A model generated the notes under the pieces. It was given only the letters and a program-made list of their open reading frames with translations, searched no databases and was not told where the DNA came from. From a virus (Duplodnaviria; Caudoviricetes): 27,702 nt of DNA. Shown here piece by piece: positions 17,445-24,124 of the stretch. Made by a program: the position numbers and the translations under genes. Every line of letters begins with the position of its first letter. Position 1 is the stretch's first letter. The DNA is taken from the IMG/VR virus record IMGVR_UViG_3300020044_003756, positions 1 through 27,702 of that record. One strand, given 5' to 3'.

Positions 17445-18090
17445 AGAGCGCAAGGGTCGGATTCGAACCGCCTATTTCGATACTGGAAGCATCGCGTTTA
17501 TCCTCATTAACTTCTTGCGCTTTTTTAGGATATGGTTTACTCAAAGACTTACACAAAGGTAACAAAGTTTTGTCAAGTGGGTAAAGATATTTTCTTTTAC
17601 CGCTTCGTTTTCTTGTTTCCAAAGTTGCTAAAAATTCTTTTGGATATTCATTCAAGGTTCTGTCGTGTCTCCATTTTCCTTTATAGAAATAATCTTTTCC
17701 ACTACTTTCATTTTCACCAACATAAATCCAATTAGTTGCTTGATAAATTGTTCCGAAATGGTTTTGTCCTTTATCTGAATATGAAATAAGAAGTTTAACT
17801 GTTGGATTGTGTTTCTTAAACAACTTAATTGCTAACGATAAAACTTTTGAAGTGCTTTCTTGTTTTCCATTTAACGCCATTCGATTAAGTTCTATAAATT
17901 GTCCTTGAACTAAATTGAATTGCTTTCCTGACATAACACCTGAAGGGTAACAAAAAGAAACTATTCCGCACCATTCTTTTTTATCGTTAAATACTGAATA
18001 AGAAATTGAAGATGCAGGAACTGTCTTTGAATAATGAAAATTCAAACACGCGTACTTAATCGCTTTGTATGATGCTTTTTCTAATCTCAT
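17443..18090 (-). CDS. mom: Mom-family DNA adenine modification enzyme (GNAT fold)
   Basis: HYS..VP, G...F, IELNRMAL, ES...S..IK, LISYSD..Q.H.GTIYQATNW.Y.G and K.KY.Y.L...PYPK motifs, characteristic of phage Mu Mom homologues. Confidence 0.85.
   Translation of the reverse strand: MRLEKASYKAIKYACLNFHYSKTVPASSISYSVFNDKKEWCGIVSFCYPSGVMSGKQFNLVQGQFIELNRMALNGKQESTSKVLSLAIKLFKKHNPTVKLLISYSDKGQNHFGTIYQATNWIYVGENESSGKDYFYKGKWRHDRTLNEYPKEFLATLETRKRSGKRKYLYPLDKTLLPLCKSLSKPYPKKAQEVNEDKRDASSIEIGGSNPTLAL
17447..17520 (-). tRNA. tRNA-Gly(UCC)-like gene nested in frame in the 3' end of mom
   Basis: Minus strand GCGCAAG-AA-GTT-AATGAGGATA-AAC-G-CGATG-CTTCCAG-TATCG-AAATA-GGCGG-TTCGAAT-CCG(A)CC-CTTGCGC-T. Perfect 7-bp acceptor stem, D-loop GG at 18/19, 5-bp anticodon stem with CU-UCC-AG loop, TTCGAAT T-loop, U discriminator; followed by CTA rather than CCA. 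Confidence 0.85.
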
Positions 18091-18626
18091 ATTTCACCTG
18101 CTGAAACGCTAAAATACGCACCGCTATATTTACGATCTAAAAGTTCTTGAATATCAATTTCGGCTTTTTGAAGTTGTTCAGGACTTTCAAAGGTTATCTT
18201 CATTGAAGCAGGTTTGTTTTTTTCTTCACCTATTAATTCGTCAAGTGAAGGCTCTTCTTCAACCTTCCAAACGTCCAAACCCCATTCTTCTAATTGTTCC
18301 GCGTCCCATTCGTTGGCTAACGCGTCCCAGTCCCATTCACCAAAACCCACGTTGTCTTTAATAATAAAAGCGCGTTGTTGTTCTTCGTTTAATTCAGATG
18401 CTTTGATAATTGGTATTTCTTTTAGTCCTGCTTCTTTGCAAGCCTTCAGGCGCATATTACCACCAAGAACAACCATATCTTCATTTACGACTATTGGACG
18501 TAGTTCGAGCATCTGTGGAAGTTCTTTGATTGAAGCGACTAACTTTTTGAATTTATCGTCCTTAATAATACGAGGGTTATTAGGGTTAGACTTTACTTCG
18601 TTAATCTTGACAGTTATTGTCTTCAT
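18087..18626 (-). CDS. ParB/Sulfiredoxin N-terminal domain protein
   Basis: NP.NPR.I, RPIVV, GGNMRLKA and IIKDN..FGEWD motifs; ATGA-coupled to mom. Confidence 0.88.
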   Translation of the reverse strand: MKTITVKINEVKSNPNNPRIIKDDKFKKLVASIKELPQMLELRPIVVNEDMVVLGGNMRLKACKEAGLKEIPIIKASELNEEQQRAFIIKDNVGFGEWDWDALANEWDAEQLEEWGLDVWKVEEEPSLDELIGEEKNKPASMKITFESPEQLQKAEIDIQELLDRKYSGAYFSVSAGEI

Positions 18627-18708
18627 ATAAGTTAAATATATTATTGTGCTAATTTACTTCAGTTGTTCCTTTTGTGTCACTAAACTTATTGACTGTCTCT
18701 AAATGTGT

Positions 18709-18808
18709 AAAGAAAAGAAAAGAAAGAAAAAGAAAAAGGTAAAACAAAAAGAAACAAAAGAAAAAGCTCCCCCAAGAAAAACAAAGTGTCTTTGCCCTTA
18801 AAAGGGCA
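18709..18808. other. strand-asymmetric A/G-rich low-complexity tract ending in a short palindrome
   Basis: AAAGAAAAGAAAAGAAAGAAAAAGAAAAAGG... then TGCCCT-TAAA-AGGGCA (18793-18808), in the longest non-coding gap. Confidence 0.5.
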
Positions 18809-18915
18809 GTTGCACGATCCAAGCATTGGTGTATTGCAAGTTTAGTCATTGGTTACTTCGCTTTGACTTACGAAGGTAGTTTGTGTTCTTATCCAGTTTG
18901 TTTCATTTTCAATTC

Positions 18916-18970
18916 AAAAAAATAACCCCCAATTGTTTTTAGTCGTCAAACCTAAAACAAAAGAGGGTTA
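18916..18970 (-). terminator. intrinsic terminator within a promoter-proximal leader
   Basis: Minus strand TAACCCTC/GGGGGTTA basal stem and TTGTTTT/AAAACAA upper stem, followed by T7. Confidence 0.7.
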
Positions 18971-18990
18971 GCTTGTGAGGTTTGACAATA

Positions 18991-19020
18991 CAAATATACT
19001 TTGAATGTCAATTGTTACAA
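18991..19020 (-). promoter_or_regulatory. Bacteroidota housekeeping-type promoter
   Basis: Minus strand TTG (19020-19018) - 19 nt - TATATTTG (18998-18991), the exact consensus spacing. Confidence 0.75.
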
Positions 19021-19027
19021 CGAATAG

Positions 19028-19462
19028 TTATTCACCTATTTCAACATCCTTCATTGATTCAAGAAATGTATTGATGTCTTTCTTCACGCAAGGCGGACAC
19101 GTTGAACGCTCGTTGAACGCTCCCGTAGCCTTATCCTTGAACGAATAGAACTTCAACATATCTTTCTGCTCTAAACGTCCTTGCGCTTTCATATCAAGAA
19201 GAAAACGTTTGAACTCTATTTGTTCCTCAAGAGAAAGAACACCTTCCCATTTAGACGCAGGACATGAAGCAAACGCGAGTTTTGCCTTGACTGGCATAAC
19301 GCAACCGCAAAGTTTTATCGACTTGCGTTTGAACTTAACTTCTATTTCTTCGTCCGCTCCAAGAATAAGCGGTCCGCAACTTTGCGTTGAGGCTTCGAAG
19401 AACTTACACGCTCGACAAATGTCTAAGCGTCTTTTGTACTCATTGTGTTTTGCGAATAACAT
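19028..19462 (-). CDS. Cys-rich, putatively metal-binding hypothetical protein
   Basis: RL.IC..C, CGC.M..K......CP..KW and C..C motifs. Confidence 0.75.
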   Translation of the reverse strand: MLFAKHNEYKRRLDICRACKFFEASTQSCGPLILGADEEIEVKFKRKSIKLCGCVMPVKAKLAFASCPASKWEGVLSLEEQIEFKRFLLDMKAQGRLEQKDMLKFYSFKDKATGAFNERSTCPPCVKKDINTFLESMKDVEIGE

Positions 19463-19943
19463 TGGCTCTTATTTTTTGTTTGATACTATCAATAGTTTTG
19501 TATAAAAATGTAGTGGGTATTCCCGTTTGTTTTGACAGCTCACGATAGGTAAAATCTTCGAGTATGTATTCCTGAAAGATTAACCGTTCAAATTCGCTCA
19601 ACCTACTTATCAGAATGTCGAGTTGCTCGTTTGTCATTCGTGCGCCCAACCAAGTCTTATCGACCTCATGCGCGTAGTCTTTAAAGTCGCGGCGGTTTCT
19701 ATTCCACGCTATTGTCTGTTTGTAGAAAGGCGACGTTGGACTGTTAACCGACAAATACATTACGCGAATAAGATAGAACTCGAAATCGCCTGTATCGATT
19801 AATTTCTCGATATACTTTGAGCCGAACATAGAAAGCAAAGAGTCGTGCAGAAGATCCTCGTAGAAAGGTTCTTTACGAGCGATGTTGTACGCTAACTCTT
19901 TGAAGTGCTTATAACGTCCTTCTATGTAATGTTCAAGTGTCAA
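19440..19943 (-). CDS. ECF-type sigma-factor-like protein (probable late transcription regulator)
   Basis: Region-2-like EDLLHD.LL and region-4 HTH L.E.ER.IF......TYRELSK.TGIP; TTG start. Confidence 0.75.
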   Translation of the reverse strand: MTLEHYIEGRYKHFKELAYNIARKEPFYEDLLHDSLLSMFGSKYIEKLIDTGDFEFYLIRVMYLSVNSPTSPFYKQTIAWNRNRRDFKDYAHEVDKTWLGARMTNEQLDILISRLSEFERLIFQEYILEDFTYRELSKQTGIPTTFLYKTIDSIKQKIRANVIRKTQ

Positions 19944-20350
19944 GTGTTGAAGTATTCATCTATTACTTTGATTGCTTCCTCGTTTCCCTTACAAATATAC
20001 GAAGCATAGCCCCTGTTTCGCAATTGCTCCTGCCAACGCTTCTGCTCTGGTGATGCGACACCCCCTTTCTCTTTCTTCATCTCAATAGCGAGACCGTAAA
20101 ACGCACCGCGTGGTTCGTAAATGAACAAGTCGGGAAAGCCTTTGACGTAACCCGTGCGCTTCATCTTAACCGCTTGCAAGTAACTTGTTCGCATTCCACC
20201 CGCAGAAGCACAATACAACGCGTCAGGATATGCTAAACGAAGGTATTTAATTACAATTTCTTGTTGGTTCGATTCACTTTCGGGTGTTATTTTACGCTTC
20301 ACAACACTTTTTTTATAAGTTTTCTTAAAAGTTTTCACGTTCATTTTCAA
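19940..20350 (-). CDS. VRR-NUC (PD-(D/E)xK) nuclease / resolvase
   Basis: E...Q, G...G.PDL, IEMK and S.EQK.W motifs. Confidence 0.85.
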   Translation of the reverse strand: MKMNVKTFKKTYKKSVVKRKITPESESNQQEIVIKYLRLAYPDALYCASAGGMRTSYLQAVKMKRTGYVKGFPDLFIYEPRGAFYGLAIEMKKEKGGVASPEQKRWQEQLRNRGYASYICKGNEEAIKVIDEYFNT

Positions 20351-20389
20351 TATGTTAGATATTTTTACGAAAAATAATTTATTTTTTTC

Positions 20390-20419
20390 TTGCTATCTCA
20401 AAAGTTTAGCATATATTTG
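20390..20419 (+). promoter_or_regulatory. early promoter (Bacteroidota consensus)
   Basis: TTG (20390-20392) - 19 nt - TATATTTG (20412-20419) after an AT-rich tract; heads the plus-strand operon. Confidence 0.8.
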
Positions 20420-20454
20420 TCAAACAATTAACAACAACACCAAAGATAAACAAA

Positions 20455-20631
20455 ATGAAAACAGCAAACAACACAGTTACAATTGAATTAAAAGAAAGCG
20501 AATTAGAAATGTTACTTGACACCGCAATTTATGCTATCAATAAAATGAAAAGAGATGGCAGATGGACCGAAGGAGAAATTGAGGAGCTTAAAGCGCTAAG
20601 AGCAAATGTAAAATTACAAATCAAAAAATAA
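20455..20631 (+). CDS. small early hypothetical protein (58 aa, MKTANNTVTIELKESELEML...)
   Basis: Translated by hand; A-rich initiation region; first ORF after the promoter. Confidence 0.7.
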   Translation: MKTANNTVTIELKESELEMLLDTAIYAINKMKRDGRWTEGEIEELKALRANVKLQIKK

Positions 20632-20646
20632 ACAAAAACAAACAAC

Positions 20647-20835
20647 ATGAACACAGTAACATTTTACCACAACAACATTCAAGTTCAACAATTCACATTC
20701 GCTACTGAGAAAGAAGCGGTTGACTGTATGCTTCGCCACGCATCTGAAAAAGGTCTTGAAGTAAACGACCATTACAGCGAAGCATATTCAGAAGGAAACA
20801 AACCCGAAACACTTATAATTGTAAACCAAATCTAA
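20647..20835 (+). CDS. small early hypothetical protein
   Basis: 62 aa ORF with an AAACAAACAACATG initiation region. Confidence 0.7.
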   Translation: MNTVTFYHNNIQVQQFTFATEKEAVDCMLRHASEKGLEVNDHYSEAYSEGNKPETLIIVNQI

Positions 20836-20836
20836 A

Positions 20837-20950
20837 ATGAAAAAACAACTACTCTACATCGCGCTTCTTTTCGGAGCAATGTTAATCGCAGGAACGATTG
20901 ACGAACAAACAAGACAACTAGAACAACAACCAAATCACTACACAAAATGA
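20837..20950 (+). CDS. small membrane or secreted peptide (37 aa, MKKQLLYIALLFGAMLIAGTIDEQ...)
   Basis: Translated by hand; signal-like N-terminus; ATGA overlap with the next gene. Confidence 0.65.
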   Translation: MKKQLLYIALLFGAMLIAGTIDEQTRQLEQQPNHYTK

Positions 20951-21117
20951 AAGTAGAACTAATTCAAAAAACAACATTGACCGATATGTACTACAAGATT
21001 GTAGTCAACGGAGAATTTCACATGAGTTACAACGACTACGACGAAGCGGTACGCGCTTACGACCGCATCAAGGCAGCCATTCCACGCGAAGAAGTAATCC
21101 TATCAAAAGAAATCTAA
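20947..21117 (+). CDS. small early hypothetical protein (56 aa, MKVELIQKTT...ILSKEI)
   Basis: Translated by hand; tight operon packing. Confidence 0.7.
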   Translation: MKVELIQKTTLTDMYYKIVVNGEFHMSYNDYDEAVRAYDRIKAAIPREEVILSKEI

Positions 21118-21362
21118 AACAACCAAATCAAATGAACAATGAAAGAACCAATTTTTACAAATCAATTTTTCTCTTTGAAGAAGAAGTACACATTCTTATT
21201 GACGGAATCATTACCGCACAAAATTACTATGGTAATCAAAAGACTGATTCGCCTTCTCGGAATCAATTGTGCGACCAACGAATTGCAGAACTTGAGCGAG
21301 TATTCCTCAAGGTTACTACTTCGCATTGGAAGGAACTACCAGAACCCCCAAAAGAAATCTAA
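21104..21362 (+). repeat. 14-bp direct repeat CAAAAGAAATCTAA flanking one gene
   Basis: Copies at 21104-21117 and 21349-21362, each forming the KEI-stop end of consecutive genes. Confidence 0.65.
21132..21362 (+). CDS. small early hypothetical protein
   Basis: 76 aa ORF with an A-rich initiation region. Confidence 0.65.
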   Translation: MNNERTNFYKSIFLFEEEVHILIDGIITAQNYYGNQKTDSPSRNQLCDQRIAELERVFLKVTTSHWKELPEPPKEI

Positions 21363-21475
21363 CTTTGTTTGCGTTTATTCCTCAGCTAACGCGTACAACC
21401 TAACCCACAACGAGATAAGCGCGAACATCGAGAAATGTCAAAAACTTTCAGAAGCGCGTTGGAACGACCAACTAA

Positions 21476-21802
21476 TTGAATACATTTGCAACAACTAAAA
21501 TCAAAACTATGTACTGTCCAAAAATTAACTACTGTTTTGTGAGCGACGATATTCAAACGCTCAACGAACAAATTAAGAACATCGCAAAAGAATTTCAAGA
21601 CGAAGACAACGGCGGTTGGTTCTCTGTTGACGAAACGAACAACCTTGTTTTCATCGACGAACAAGACAACCTTTATACAATTCATTTGCGCGGCCGCTTC
21701 TGGAGAAAAGGAGAACGCGACTTCAACCTTGAATACGTTACCCTTGACAAAGACGGAATCTCGTTTAGCTTTGACACCGATATATTCGACGATCAAATAT
21801 AA
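21476..21802 (+). CDS. acidic hypothetical protein (start may be 21509)
   Basis: 108 aa ORF; a better initiation context precedes ATG 21509 (AAAATCAAAACTATG). Confidence 0.7.
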   Translation: MNTFATTKIKTMYCPKINYCFVSDDIQTLNEQIKNIAKEFQDEDNGGWFSVDETNNLVFIDEQDNLYTIHLRGRFWRKGERDFNLEYVTLDKDGISFSFDTDIFDDQI

Positions 21803-21804
21803 CA

Positions 21805-22605
21805 ATGGGTTACTTCAAACGAATCAACGAGCAATCGGACATTCACGACAGCCAGTTAAGGCATATCCAAAGCGACAACGAACTCGCTATAAAGTTCGAA
21901 CAATATCTAAATTCATTTAATCATCAAATAAACAACAACAACATGAGCATCATTGCCCAACAAACAAACAACGGCGGAGGTCAAACAGTACCCGCAGGAA
22001 CGCACGTAGCGAGATGCTACCAAATCATTCACATCGGAACGATAGTGGACACTTATCAAGGTGAAGAAAAGTTAGTGAACAAAGTTCGCCTGGTGTTCGA
22101 ACTACCTTTGGAAACGGCTGACTTCGGCAAAGGCGAACAACCTTTCTCAATCGGTCGCGACTTCACTTTATCAATGCACGAAAAGAGTGGATTACGCGCC
22201 TTCGTTCAATCGTGGTTAGGCAAGGCAATGTCCGATTCTGAAGCATCTAAATTCGACATTGGTACTTTGCTCGGCAAAGAAGCAATGGTGTCAGTAATGC
22301 ACCGCACAGCGAACACAGGGCGCACCTACGCAGACCTTAAAGGAGCGTCACCACTTGCGAAAGGAATGACTTGCCCGCCACAGGTGAACGCAGCGTTTCT
22401 TTTAGACTACGATTCGCAAGACTTCGACCTTCGTTTCAGTATGCTTCCAGAGTGGCTTCAAAACAAAGTGAGTTCTTCTGCTGAATTTAGTCAACGACTT
22501 GACAAAGCTGCGGATCAAATGAACAACGCCAAGAAGATGCTAGAACAAAGCGGTTTGGTTCAACCAACAACTTCAACGGACGAAACGGACGATATGCCGT
22601 TCTAA
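21805..22605 (+). CDS. phage single-stranded DNA-binding-like protein (core probably starts at 21943)
   Basis: PAG.H.ARC...I.IGT, FELP and TLSMHEKS.LR motifs; acidic SSB-type tail DETDDMPF. Confidence 0.65.
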   Translation: MGYFKRINEQSDIHDSQLRHIQSDNELAIKFEQYLNSFNHQINNNNMSIIAQQTNNGGGQTVPAGTHVARCYQIIHIGTIVDTYQGEEKLVNKVRLVFELPLETADFGKGEQPFSIGRDFTLSMHEKSGLRAFVQSWLGKAMSDSEASKFDIGTLLGKEAMVSVMHRTANTGRTYADLKGASPLAKGMTCPPQVNAAFLLDYDSQDFDLRFSMLPEWLQNKVSSSAEFSQRLDKAADQMNNAKKMLEQSGLVQPTTSTDETDDMPF

Positions 22606-22615
22606 ATGAATAAGA

Positions 22616-22660
22616 TGTTATAAAAGGCGTTTATATCATACATACGCGCCTTTTATGACA
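22616..22660 (+). terminator. long hairpin after the SSB-like gene (possible bidirectional terminator or processing site)
   Basis: TGTTATAAAAGGCG (22616-22629) pairs with CGCCTTTTATGACA (22647-22660): 14 bp with one G-U. Confidence 0.55.
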
Positions 22661-22700
22661 CTTAATGAATAATAAAACATACAATCAAAAAACAAATAAA

Positions 22701-23147
22701 ATGAAAACAAGAAAATCAAAAGAGTTCAACATCGAAAGAGTAAAGGAATTTTGCAAGTTAGTTAACGAAGGAAAGACACCTTCTGAAGCGTTACGCTTAA
22801 TGAATAGTTGCAACGGTTACACTAAACCACTTCGTGCCGCTGGTATATTTTGGCAAGAAAAAGACACTACATTTAAAGCGGTTGAGCGTATTCACGCGGA
22901 ACGTTATACTCTGTTTCTAAATGAAAGATTGAAATACAATAGAACTATTAACGCGAAGCCTAATCGCAAGCAAAGAAAAACTTTTCAAAAAGTAGATATT
23001 GTTTCGAAAAGAAATTCATACAAAGAGTACACAAAACAAGCGAACCTCTTCAACCAACCAAAGACGACAAACGCGCCAACAATGAAACCGAATGAACGTC
23101 AATTGAACTTCATTCAACGCGTGGTGAAATCTCTTTTTAACTTATGA
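22701..23147 (+). CDS. basic hypothetical protein, possibly DNA-binding
   Basis: ORF 22665..23147; better start at 22701 (AAACAAATAAAATG); Lys/Arg-rich. Confidence 0.7.
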   Translation: MKTRKSKEFNIERVKEFCKLVNEGKTPSEALRLMNSCNGYTKPLRAAGIFWQEKDTTFKAVERIHAERYTLFLNERLKYNRTINAKPNRKQRKTFQKVDIVSKRNSYKEYTKQANLFNQPKTTNAPTMKPNERQLNFIQRVVKSLFNL

Positions 23148-23383
23148 ATAAAGCAATCTATAAAACGCCATTCGGTCGCCTGGTCAAGGTCAACTTTAAG
23201 ACGATGCAGAATTTTAAAAACGTTCTTCGAATCAGCGACCCGACGGCACGACTTTACGTCACGCACCCCGAACGAATGAGAATAAAAGACTTCAACAACA
23301 TTTGCCTTCATACCGGTCTTTCTCGCGAAGAAGTATTCAGCACATTTACACCAACAATTTTAATAAACGAAGAAAATGACTAA
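23144..23383 (+). CDS. small HTH-like protein (Cro/XRE-like)
   Basis: 79 aa with an F...L.IS.PTA..Y...PE.M pattern; ATGA coupling. Confidence 0.55.
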   Translation: MNKAIYKTPFGRLVKVNFKTMQNFKNVLRISDPTARLYVTHPERMRIKDFNNICLHTGLSREEVFSTFTPTILINEEND

Positions 23384-23909
23384 CGAACAAATACGACAGG
23401 AACTAATTGACATGATTCCCTTCCGTCACATGGAACGCTTCGAAACATTGTGGTTGATGCTAACGCCTCGCTACGAACGATTGACGACGGAACAAATTAA
23501 GATACAACAGGAACTGGAGAATGAACGCGAAATGTTTTGGAGCGCACTTGAAGACGTGACGTGTTCCGTTCTTGGTATCGAATCGCAAAAGTTGTACATG
23601 GTTACACGCAAGCGCGAAATCGTCAACGCACGACAAATCATTTTCTTTATTGTGCGCCCGTGTTACTTACTTAGTCTTGATTCCATAGGCAAACACTACG
23701 GCAAGGATCACGCGACAGTTATACACGGCATTCGCCAGGTGGCAGGACATATTGAAACCGACCGAGAGTTTCGCGCAACCGTTGAACGCATCTGTTTTAT
23801 ACTTGACGAAATGGGTTATGCTAAACCAATGAAATTTTTTACTAAGTTTGTCGAGCATTTAGAACATCAAAAAGAAATCAAACTTAAAAAACAACTAAAA
23901 AGAAAATGA
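23376..23909 (+). CDS. protein with a DnaA C-terminal-like HTH domain
   Basis: TRKREIV.ARQI...SL..IG...G.DHATVIHG matches the DnaA domain IV signature. Confidence 0.85.
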   Translation: MTNEQIRQELIDMIPFRHMERFETLWLMLTPRYERLTTEQIKIQQELENEREMFWSALEDVTCSVLGIESQKLYMVTRKREIVNARQIIFFIVRPCYLLSLDSIGKHYGKDHATVIHGIRQVAGHIETDREFRATVERICFILDEMGYAKPMKFFTKFVEHLEHQKEIKLKKQLKRK

Positions 23910-24109
23910 AATCAGAATTAATCTTTTGTCCGAACTGCGAAAGCGCGGAACTTGACGAACGCGTGAACGCCGTTCTTCAGGATCAAAAACTTAAAACCTA
24001 CGAAGAAGCCTACGAGCTAATCGACGACGACGGAGAAATAAAAAAATGCTTCGATTGTCAAGAATGGGACGACGCAGACGACGACGCGAAAGGCGAAGGT
24101 TGGGACTAA
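23906..24109 (+). CDS. small acidic zinc-finger-like protein
   Basis: CPNC...CFDC pairs; ATGA coupling. Confidence 0.7.
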   Translation: MKSELIFCPNCESAELDERVNAVLQDQKLKTYEEAYELIDDDGEIKKCFDCQEWDDADDDAKGEGWD

Positions 24110-24124
24110 CTAAAAAATAAAACA

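Noticed and set aside
17447-17520. The tRNA-like sequence as an attP integration core
   Set aside because: attP cores usually copy only part of a host tRNA exactly. This is a full, atypical cloverleaf and no integrase is in the window. It cannot be fully excluded without the rest of the genome.
188-18630. Numerous plus-strand ORFs opposite the structural genes (e.g. 521..850, 7347..7667, 8439..8939, 18214..18630)
   Set aside because: Antisense shadows of well-supported minus-strand genes, with no motifs or initiation context.
18649-18849. 66-aa minus-strand ORF with a Phe-rich 'TM' segment
   Set aside because: The hydrophobic stretch is simply the translation of the T/C low-complexity tract; there is no other coding support.
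21139-21498. 119-aa ORF as a full-length gene
   Set aside because: Its first two thirds overlap the better-supported 21132..21362 gene out of frame; only the 3' part looks protein-like (reported as a finding).
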